From a virus (Duplodnaviria; Caudoviricetes): a stretch of 64,000 bases of DNA. The position numbers and the translations under genes were made by a program. The first letter of the stretch is position 1, and each line of letters starts with the position of its first letter. Below the pieces are notes generated by a model. The model worked only from the letters and a program-made list of their open reading frames with translations. It was not told the DNA's origin and did not search any database. The stretch lies in the IMG/VR virus record IMGVR_UViG_3300028593_000003. One strand, written 5' to 3'. Positions 43,833 through 51,247 of this stretch are shown one piece after another.

Positions 43833-45848
43833 TTACCAACCCGAAGCAATTGTTCTCCACCCGCCATCACCGTACACTTTGACAGTATTATCAAAAGTAT
43901 TGATACAAATTAATCCCTCATAACCATAAGCCGGGTCACCAGTATCCGTCTTGGTAATTACACCGACAACCTCAAATGTTTTTGCACCACCGATATTCTT
44001 CTCAAGGTAAAGTGTTCCTTGGAACAAGTTCTTTGAACTATAACCGGCAGAATAGAGATTGTATCTAACCGATCCCAACAATGTACCGCCCATAGGGCAG
44101 GGAATTGCGGTGTGATCTTCAATATAAATACCGTACAGATTAGAAACTGTATATGTACTGTTTATCGGGGGCCCCTCCCAAAACCATAATTCTGGAGCAC
44201 AAACTTTAATTCCATAAAATGTTCCAATAGTAACCGCATTAGAAGCATCACTACCACACTCTAATAGTGCTTCCGTAGTAATAAAGGCTGCTTCGGTTAA
44301 ATTAATCACGCCGCCGTAGATGGCGCCTATGTCAAATACATAACGAGAACCTTTTAAGAGAGATGCAGTCAGAGTATTATTACTATAAGCTGTCATACCA
44401 CAACCCACACTAAGGCCCTGGCCATCAGAGGTACAATCGTCAAAACGCGCAGATACATTTGCTGACACCTCTAAAGCACTATTCCAATTACTACCATAAG
44501 TACAATCTCGTACTTGAGTGTTAAAAACGCCGGCACAAGCGCTCGGATTTATACAATTATTCAATCCACAATGGGATTCAATACCATAGAGTTTGCTTTC
44601 TTCGTTTTCTCCAACCCCCTGACCGTCAGCAGACAAAGTTATTTTTATGCCATATTGAGTTGTATCCGGTGTAGTGGCTTCGGTTGTAATATTAAGTGCG
44701 CACAGTTCGTCACTATAGCCACCGTGGTCAATACCCCCGCCATCAGTTCTTGTAGCACTAAGAGCAAAAATTTCACGGTTTTCAGATTCTCCCGTTGCAC
44801 CACTCCAACTCAATGCAAGTTTGCCCAGTATATTGTCATAGGTAAAATTATTTGTGCCACCAATAACACCAGAATCATTGAATAGAACCTGATTGTCAGA
44901 ACCGGAAATTGAAATGAAACCAGTTGAAACATCCAAGTTACCACCGATTTCAACATCACCCTCAAATTTATTCTTTGATGTTGCACCGGCAGAATAGAGA
45001 TTGTAGTGACTTCCGGTAACAGGTCTTACACTATGATCATCAATATAAAGACCGTAGTTGTCTCCTATTGTTTCTACTGCCCCCACATCCGCTGCTGGGT
45101 TCAATGAAATTTTAATTCCGTATGTTTCTAATACAGTATATGTACCATCAAAGGCAAATCCACCGTGAATTGCCTCTACACCTATTTCGCTTGTTACAGT
45201 AGCGGTCACCGGCGCTATAACCATACCTTGAGCAGTAGCTTGAATACCAATTAATTCACCACTTGCATCTCCTGTGTCTGCTAATAACCACGCCCCAAAA
45301 AGGTTCTGAATAACCGCGTCAGTAGCATCATACCCCAAAGCACCAATCATATTTCGGGAACGGGTCGCGAGTTCTGCCCCGCTAGTTTGAGCATAAACTG
45401 ATATACCTGCAACAGAACCAGTTCCCTTCGCGGAAAATACTGCGGCCTGAGTATCACCATAGCCAATAGAATTAGTATCTATCACATTATGAGAAATAAC
45501 CTGAAGTTTTGATGTAGAATAACGATATTCCGTAAGAGTATCAGACCCGGCCCATATAAACCCCTCAAAGAAATTCTTTGAATCTGTACCTATGGAAAGA
45601 ATATTGTAGCTATTTCCTGAAATAGAAAGCGTATTGGTAGATTTATCAAATGTCAGATTCTCATTCGCACCCATCGTGCCAACATCATTGAACTGGATTT
45701 GTTTATCTGCTCCGGCGGCTTCTGGTGTTGCAGCGGCATCCCAAGATAATCCACCCAAACCATCGTTGAATAAATAGCCTGGTGCATCGGCCGGAAAAGC
45801 GGCCCCGCCACCAGCTAATGATTTACCAAAAGGTGTTCCAAAATTCAT
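43833..45848 (-). CDS. Fibre/spike-like protein with an internal tandem duplication
   Basis: G.D.Q..FND.G and YG.YI.DH..YNLYSAG..SKN.F.G each occur twice. Confidence 0.6.
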   Translation of the reverse strand: MNFGTPFGKSLAGGGAAFPADAPGYLFNDGLGGLSWDAAATPEAAGADKQIQFNDVGTMGANENLTFDKSTNTLSISGNSYNILSIGTDSKNFFEGFIWAGSDTLTEYRYSTSKLQVISHNVIDTNSIGYGDTQAAVFSAKGTGSVAGISVYAQTSGAELATRSRNMIGALGYDATDAVIQNLFGAWLLADTGDASGELIGIQATAQGMVIAPVTATVTSEIGVEAIHGGFAFDGTYTVLETYGIKISLNPAADVGAVETIGDNYGLYIDDHSVRPVTGSHYNLYSAGATSKNKFEGDVEIGGNLDVSTGFISISGSDNQVLFNDSGVIGGTNNFTYDNILGKLALSWSGATGESENREIFALSATRTDGGGIDHGGYSDELCALNITTEATTPDTTQYGIKITLSADGQGVGENEESKLYGIESHCGLNNCINPSACAGVFNTQVRDCTYGSNWNSALEVSANVSARFDDCTSDGQGLSVGCGMTAYSNNTLTASLLKGSRYVFDIGAIYGGVINLTEAAFITTEALLECGSDASNAVTIGTFYGIKVCAPELWFWEGPPINSTYTVSNLYGIYIEDHTAIPCPMGGTLLGSVRYNLYSAGYSSKNLFQGTLYLEKNIGGAKTFEVVGVITKTDTGDPAYGYEGLICINTFDNTVKVYGDGGWRTIASGW

Positions 45849-45863
45849 ATTTCTAATCCTCCG

Positions 45864-46184
45864 TTAAAATTCGGGCGTAATCACAAATGCACCTGGCACA
45901 CCACTTGCGGCACTAATATATCTGAAATTGAGTATATTGTCTCTACCAACGACCCTGAAGGCATCACCGTCTGACATAATATGTCCTATACCACTCGCCC
46001 CCTGTGTGGGTGTTTCCTTCCATGCAATTCTTATACTTGCGGTTTCACAGGTAATGAGAACCGATACCGATGGATTGCCATCTCCGTCAACAATTGCCGC
46101 GGATGGGAAAGCTGTTGCCGTATCCGTAGAAGCAACACGCATTGTTGGCCCATATACTCCCGTCATTGAAAAATCTCTTTCCAT
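45864..46184 (-). CDS. Small beta-rich structural protein candidate
   Basis: GGAGG RBS; 106 aa. Confidence 0.5.
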   Translation of the reverse strand: MERDFSMTGVYGPTMRVASTDTATAFPSAAIVDGDGNPSVSVLITCETASIRIAWKETPTQGASGIGHIMSDGDAFRVVGRDNILNFRYISAASGVPGAFVITPEF

Positions 46185-46196
46185 ATTTCTCCTCCG

Positions 46197-46691
46197 TTAT
46201 AACCCAAATCTTCTTTGTTCTGCTTTGAGCCACTTCATTCCTTTCTGTTTGGCTCTTGTTATTCTCGATGAAAAATCTTTTCGCCAAGTTCCGATGATGG
46301 CGACCTGCATTTCATCACCACGAAATTCCTTGGCATCCCTGATATATCCCGCGCCGAGGATGTATCTTCTTATGGCTATAACCATCCAAGGCCATCTCTT
46401 CTTTATCAATTTCCAAGTCAGAAGAATGTGGCCGTGATTTTTCTCCAATGTGTCCATCCACACCTTGGCAAAAATCTTCCTCTGGTTTCGAGGGATATAG
46501 GTAAAATTGATGCCCTGAATATAATTGTGCATCTTTCTCGTCTTGGGATGAATACCACGAATAGCGTTGATACAGATTATGGTTGGTTCGGGATCATTTT
46601 CATAATTCAGATATTTGAACCTGTAAATGTGACCCGATTTGAAAGAAACCCTTCCTTCCCTTACACTATATACTTTGTTCAATTGTGGCAT
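46197..46691 (-). CDS. DNA end protector-like protein (T4 gp2-like)
   Basis: G.IY.F.Y, D..P.I, GINF.Y(I/L)P, IRRY; adjacent to gp4. Confidence 0.6.
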   Translation of the reverse strand: MPQLNKVYSVREGRVSFKSGHIYRFKYLNYENDPEPTIICINAIRGIHPKTRKMHNYIQGINFTYIPRNQRKIFAKVWMDTLEKNHGHILLTWKLIKKRWPWMVIAIRRYILGAGYIRDAKEFRGDEMQVAIIGTWRKDFSSRITRAKQKGMKWLKAEQRRFGL

Positions 46692-46693
46692 TT

Positions 46694-47152
46694 TTACCTA
46701 CCAAACAATTCCTTTTCAGTAAATATTTTAAACTCGTAACCCCGTTTTCTACAGAACTCCGAGGCGGCAGACCATTTGGCCTGATTTCTTGAGTAGGTTA
46801 TCTGTTCATATATTTTTGTCTTGACAGATTTATTGCCCTTGCTCTTTGGGGGAATGGTTTCCCTGTGAGGCTTTATTTCAACAACATAGATAACTTCCTT
46901 TTTGTTTTTATCCAGAACTCTTAGCATAAAATCCGGATAATATCGTCTGTGTTTCTTGTTTACAGGATCAAAATACGGTATCTCGATGCCCTCGGAAGCC
47001 CAAGTTATGACACTTGGATTTACATCACACCATTGGGCGAATTTCCTTTCCCATTCACTTCTTATAAGTATCGGCCATTTCCCCTTGTACTTCTCCGGAA
47101 ATTTGGGTTGAAATGCCGAAGTCTTATCTGTAATATGATGTTTTATGAACAA
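46694..47152 (-). CDS. gp4: Head completion nuclease (T4 gp4-like)
   Basis: P.KY.G, RS.WE..F..WCD.NP.V..W.SE...IPY, RRYYPDF, EIKP, N.AKW.AA, TEKEL. Confidence 0.9.
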   Translation of the reverse strand: MFIKHHITDKTSAFQPKFPEKYKGKWPILIRSEWERKFAQWCDVNPSVITWASEGIEIPYFDPVNKKHRRYYPDFMLRVLDKNKKEVIYVVEIKPHRETIPPKSKGNKSVKTKIYEQITYSRNQAKWSAASEFCRKRGYEFKIFTEKELFGR

Positions 47153-47154
47153 AA

Positions 47155-47349
47155 CTAATCCCTGTATGTATCCCTGTACCGTTCCAATGATTTTTGGAGC
47201 GCTTCTTTTCTTTTTCTCAATGCTTCTTTTGTATTTTTATCTTCCGTGCTCTGGATTTGTTTTTCCAAATCCTGTATCTGTTTTTTTAACCTTATTCTCG
47301 CATTTATTGTCTGTGTATCATCTTCAGAGAGAAATTCGTAAAGTCTCAT
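47155..47349 (-). CDS. Small coiled-coil protein with FLxE leader
   Basis: MRLYEFLSE; resembles 20221..20475. Confidence 0.6.
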   Translation of the reverse strand: MRLYEFLSEDDTQTINARIRLKKQIQDLEKQIQSTEDKNTKEALRKRKEALQKSLERYRDTYRD

Positions 47350-47768
47350 TTTTCTTCCTTTTCATACTCTTCCGCTTCTTCCTTGGTCTTGTGAACCGTT
47401 CCCGGCGGATGATGTGGAGGAGCATATAAACTGTAAAGCTTCAATTTCTTCGTGGAGGATGTATTCACAACATTGTGATATGTTCCCTGTCTGATAAGAA
47501 TTGAACTGCCATCTTTTATCGGGATTTCCTCTTTATTATTTACAACTACTTTTCCCTCTCCCTCATCAATACGGAAGAACTGGTCTGTATCATTGTGAAC
47601 CTCATTCCCGATTTCACTATTGGGCTCAATGGCCATCAGAACAAGTTGAAGATGTTTTCCTGTATACAGAACTTTTCGGAAATAATTATTTTCAACAGTT
47701 TCATCTTCAATATCTCTCACATCAAATGGTTTTTGCTCTTCTTCTTTCAGATAATCTTTGAATTTCAT
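47346..47768 (-). CDS. Cupin-domain protein with YLxE leader
   Basis: MKFKDYLKEEE; N.YFRKVLYTG.HLQLVLM, IG.EVH..DQFFRI.EG.G, HNV.N, LYSLYAPP.H. Confidence 0.85.
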   Translation of the reverse strand: MKFKDYLKEEEQKPFDVRDIEDETVENNYFRKVLYTGKHLQLVLMAIEPNSEIGNEVHNDTDQFFRIDEGEGKVVVNNKEEIPIKDGSSILIRQGTYHNVVNTSSTKKLKLYSLYAPPHHPPGTVHKTKEEAEEYEKEEK

Positions 47769-47781
47769 TATTTCCCCCAAT

Positions 47782-47967
47782 TTATCTCGTCAGTTTATCG
47801 AATGCAAGGCCGATCTTATGCCAGTCAATCCAACCATCTCCACCTCTATTCATCACCATTTGGTTCAGAATAAAATCATAGGCCCCATCTTCTCCATATT
47901 CGGCAAGAAGATTTTCTGCTTCCTGTCTATAATTTATCGCCTCGGTCAAATAATTTTTAAATTTCAT
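47782..47967 (-). CDS. Small protein with YLxE leader
   Basis: MKFKNYLTE-A. Confidence 0.55.
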   Translation of the reverse strand: MKFKNYLTEAINYRQEAENLLAEYGEDGAYDFILNQMVMNRGGDGWIDWHKIGLAFDKLTR

Positions 47968-48341
47968 TATGCCGGCTCCGTATCATATGACCCACATTTC
48001 GGGCATTTTACTTCGTAGGTACTTGGCCCAATTTTTTTCTTGAATGTCTTACCACATTCCATACACTTCATATTAGTGGGTGGGCCTGTCATTCTTCTTG
48101 AAGAACCAGAACCGGGCTGTCCGGGCCAGCGATGGGCTGGGCCGCGCTGAGACATAAAATGCTCAGAGACAAGATATTTGTCAATTAGCCTGTCTATACT
48201 CTCATTCTTTTCTGTATTCTGTTCCCACATTGAATAACAAATTGCCGCGGCCTCGTCCTGCTCGTGGCCTTCACCTTTCAGAATTGGAATACAACGGGCA
48301 ATATATTCGTCTTTTTTTTCTCCTGCTTCCGGTTTCGGCAT
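47967..48341 (-). CDS. Two-module protein: PKP..E...YI.RC..AIC..W head domain plus zinc ribbon
   Basis: GGAGG RBS before MPKP; internal IDRLIDKYLVSE; CMECG..CPKCGS. Confidence 0.6.
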   Translation of the reverse strand: MPKPEAGEKKDEYIARCIPILKGEGHEQDEAAAICYSMWEQNTEKNESIDRLIDKYLVSEHFMSQRGPAHRWPGQPGSGSSRRMTGPPTNMKCMECGKTFKKKIGPSTYEVKCPKCGSYDTEPA

Positions 48342-48342
48342 A

Positions 48343-48636
48343 TTATCCTCCAAATTTACCCAGCTCTTTTCTTGCCATCTTTTCAAATTCATCTGGTTCC
48401 AGATATTCATCTACATTGACCAGATTTATATGTTTTGAGGTTGTCCGACTATATTTTTCCGCCGTGGCATATGTTCTGTCGTTTGCTTCAAACGCTACAA
48501 GTGTCTCGTATGAAAAATACAGTACGGTTTCCCCGACATTTACTCTCACGAAATTCGGGGCCATCTGCTTCAAATGTGCCAAGCCTGGCGCAGAGGCCTC
48601 TGTCAGAACATCCCTGTCTTTTATAATTTTTCCCAT
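48343..48636 (-). CDS. Conserved-looking small phage protein
   Basis: VLTE/A; FSYET.VA, YSRTTSKH.N. Confidence 0.55.
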   Translation of the reverse strand: MGKIIKDRDVLTEASAPGLAHLKQMAPNFVRVNVGETVLYFSYETLVAFEANDRTYATAEKYSRTTSKHINLVNVDEYLEPDEFEKMARKELGKFGG

Positions 48637-48637
48637 A

Positions 48638-48931
48638 TTAATCCTCTTCTTTCTTTTCTTTGCCGAATTTTTTCCTCAAAAGGTCTTTCGCGTGCTCAAG
48701 GGCACTTTTCCTGGCATCGGAAATCTTGTCACCGGCCCTATTGATATAAAAATTGAGCCTGCTCATAGCCTGTTTCAAATCATCACTCTGCGAATGAAGA
48801 ACTTTCGCGATGTTCTCGGCGCTCGATGTGAAAAGACCTTCCGGTGGCTCCCATTTGGTTGACACCTCACCTGACCATAATTTCTCATTGACAAGGAAAA
48901 GGTCAATTCTTTCTAAAAGGTCGCGTTTCAT
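48638..48931 (-). CDS. DUF3175-like protein with leader
   Basis: WS.EV, GLF, AMS.L.FYINRAG, LE.AK..LR..FG. Confidence 0.65.
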   Translation of the reverse strand: MKRDLLERIDLFLVNEKLWSGEVSTKWEPPEGLFTSSAENIAKVLHSQSDDLKQAMSRLNFYINRAGDKISDARKSALEHAKDLLRKKFGKEKKEED

Positions 48932-49278
48932 TGTATTCCTCCCGTTTTATCTAGCTGTTCCTTTACTTTCTCTCGTTCTCTGATAACATTGTTATAATCT
49001 TCCCGTAAATCCTGATCACTTGGATATTTCTTCATCAGGATTTTGAGATTGACCATCTGATCTGTAAGGGTCGTGTATCTCTGTTGCAATCTGTCTCTTT
49101 GATAATCCTGTTTGAATTGCTGAAAGGTTTGAACTGTTTGCTGCTCCATTTGCGCCAGTTCTTTACTCCTCGCATATCTGCTATCAAGACCAAAAAGTGA
49201 ACTTACAAGACCAAGAATAATACCCATTGTTATAAGTATATTTTTCACATTTATCTCTGGCATATAATCCACCCCCAT
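48928..49278 (-). CDS. Membrane-anchored coiled-coil protein
   Basis: N-terminal TM; late promoter upstream. Confidence 0.55.
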   Translation of the reverse strand: MGVDYMPEINVKNILITMGIILGLVSSLFGLDSRYARSKELAQMEQQTVQTFQQFKQDYQRDRLQQRYTTLTDQMVNLKILMKKYPSDQDLREDYNNVIREREKVKEQLDKTGGIQ

Positions 49279-49291
49279 ACTTTGTCAATAG

Positions 49292-49325
49292 TATTTATAT
49301 TTATTTACTGTCTTTCCTATAAATA
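49292..49325. promoter_or_regulatory. Divergent pair of T4-type late promoters
   Basis: TATAAATA on minus at 49292-49299 and on plus at 49318-49325. Confidence 0.7.
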
Positions 49326-49360
49326 ATACTGAATATTCGTCATTCGGGCGGTGGAGGTTT

Positions 49361-50335
49361 ATGGGAAACGATATTTGTCAGAAAACCGTAGATTATTTGA
49401 ACTATGTTATTGATTTCCTACCTGATATCATTTTCGCGATTGATTTGGACGGCAAAGTCATTGCGTGGAACAAGCAGATGGAAATATTTGCCGGAAAAAG
49501 GAAAACAGATGTAATGGGTCTTGGTAGAGAAGCATATTCGACGCCATTTTACGGTTATGACAGGAAACTTCTCATTGATCTGGTATTTTCCGAGGATACG
49601 GAAACAGAAAATACATATGACAAGTTTTGCAGAAAAAGCGACGGAACAGTTGAGGGGTATATATATATCCCATATCTGAATAGATATATGTGGGGTATGG
49701 CATCCCCCATAAAAGACGCTGAGGGGGATATCATCGGTGCCGTTGAATCTATAAGGGATGTTACTGATGTGGTTGACACAAGAAAAATGGTTAATCTCTC
49801 AAGTAAACTTATTGATCATATACCGGAATTGGTCTGGGCAAAGGATATAAACAATAGATATCTGTTTGCAAATAAGAAGTTTATGGATGTTTTACAGATA
49901 TCGGATAAAGACATAAGAGGAATAAAATCCTCTGACTTGTTTGGTGAAACAAAATTTGAAGTTTCTGATGATAGAGTAAAGGAACTTGGAACGCAAGAAT
50001 ATGTAGATAGTGTAAAAATACCCACCGGAGAAACCATTTGGTTGAAAATATGCAAGATGCCCTTCTTTGATGATAAAAATAGACTTATAGGAACTATAGG
50101 GAGTGCCAGAGATATAACGAAGAAAATAAAAATTACTGAGGAGAGAGATGTAGAAATTAACCGCCTAAAAAAGACCGTTGAAGAAGAAATAGAAAGCTGG
50201 AAAAAAGAAAACGAAGAGAAACACAAAGAGCTATCCATCAAAATATCCCAATCAATAACAATATTAAAAAATCTACAGCTAAGCAACGGTGTAATAACCC
50301 CATTGGAAAGTAAGAAAGAGGAGCTAATATTTTAA
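49361..50335 (+). CDS. Stand-alone double PAS/PAC sensor protein
   Basis: IDFLPD..FAID..G.VIAWN..ME, PFYG..R..LIDLV, GAVESIRDVT; second PAS IP..VWAKD...RY..AN..GTIG.ARDIT; no kinase or other output domain. Confidence 0.85.
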   Translation: MGNDICQKTVDYLNYVIDFLPDIIFAIDLDGKVIAWNKQMEIFAGKRKTDVMGLGREAYSTPFYGYDRKLLIDLVFSEDTETENTYDKFCRKSDGTVEGYIYIPYLNRYMWGMASPIKDAEGDIIGAVESIRDVTDVVDTRKMVNLSSKLIDHIPELVWAKDINNRYLFANKKFMDVLQISDKDIRGIKSSDLFGETKFEVSDDRVKELGTQEYVDSVKIPTGETIWLKICKMPFFDDKNRLIGTIGSARDITKKIKITEERDVEINRLKKTVEEEIESWKKENEEKHKELSIKISQSITILKNLQLSNGVITPLESKKEELIF

Positions 50336-50877
50336 TGTCCGAAGAAAGATTAATTCCCGAAACAATAGTCAAGCTATTATTTGACCAGATAAAAAGTTCT
50401 GCTGACACCAATACATCTTCCATTCAGAAACTTGGTGATGCGATCAATGAAATTACCAAGGTTCAATCTTCTCTCGCAACAAAAAAAGACCTTATAGATG
50501 AGATAAAAGGTCTTGATGGAAAGGAGAGTGAGAGATTAAAATATCTGATTCAGAAAATAGAGAAAACAGAGGAAATACTGGGAACAAGAGTAAATGGTGT
50601 AGGAAGGAAAGTTGAGGATGAAGAAGATTCCATAAATAAAATAGAAATTATAGAAAAGAAAGTTGATGGTATAGAAAAAAAGGTAGACGATATATCATCA
50701 AAAATAAAGACGATGATAACAGTTGTCATCGTTTCCTTTGCATTGCTACTGGGTGTTTTTTATTTTGTAAAAAGTGCAACCGATGTTTCTGTCAGAAATG
50801 CAATTGAGGGGGCTGTAAAAGAGATAATCACCACAAGACCATCCAATATATATCCACCATCGCCCGGAGGAAGATAA
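50335..50877 (+). CDS. Coiled-coil protein with a C-terminal transmembrane helix
   Basis: TAATG-coupled to the PAS gene; TM MITVVIVSFALLLGVFYFV. Confidence 0.6.
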   Translation: MSEERLIPETIVKLLFDQIKSSADTNTSSIQKLGDAINEITKVQSSLATKKDLIDEIKGLDGKESERLKYLIQKIEKTEEILGTRVNGVGRKVEDEEDSINKIEIIEKKVDGIEKKVDDISSKIKTMITVVIVSFALLLGVFYFVKSATDVSVRNAIEGAVKEIITTRPSNIYPPSPGGR

Positions 50878-50878
50878 G

Positions 50879-51247
50879 ATGAGGTTGTTGAATTTCTTGA
50901 AGAGTATTGAGGAACAGGATGGCGGTATGGTTGGTGCGACTACAACCGCAAGTATCGCCCAATATCCTGTCAGGCTCGGTATTGGAATTACCAGAAGGGA
51001 AGCCACCAAAAATTGGAGAAGATGGAAAAAGAAAAGGAAAAAAGTCGAGGAGCAGGAAGCCAGTATCGGGATGCCTGGTGGTTGGGGTTCGGCTGGTGGG
51101 TCACCCACAACAAAACAAATATTACAGGATCCTGTAAAGCACGATTACGGTATGACAAGAAGGGAAGCCACCAAAAATTGGCGCAGACGCAAAAAAAGGA
51201 TGAAGGAATTATTCCAAAATGGCACATCTCATTCAATATCTGATTGA
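50879..51247 (+). CDS. Basic protein with leader and a two-copy internal repeat
   Basis: MRLLNFLKSIEE; TRREATKNWRR occurs twice. Confidence 0.55.
   Translation: MRLLNFLKSIEEQDGGMVGATTTASIAQYPVRLGIGITRREATKNWRRWKKKRKKVEEQEASIGMPGGWGSAGGSPTTKQILQDPVKHDYGMTRREATKNWRRRKKRMKELFQNGTSHSISD

Noticed and set aside
25094-45848. Diversity-generating retroelement acting on the fibres
   Set aside because: No reverse transcriptase in the window, and no template/variable repeat pair differing at adenines was seen.
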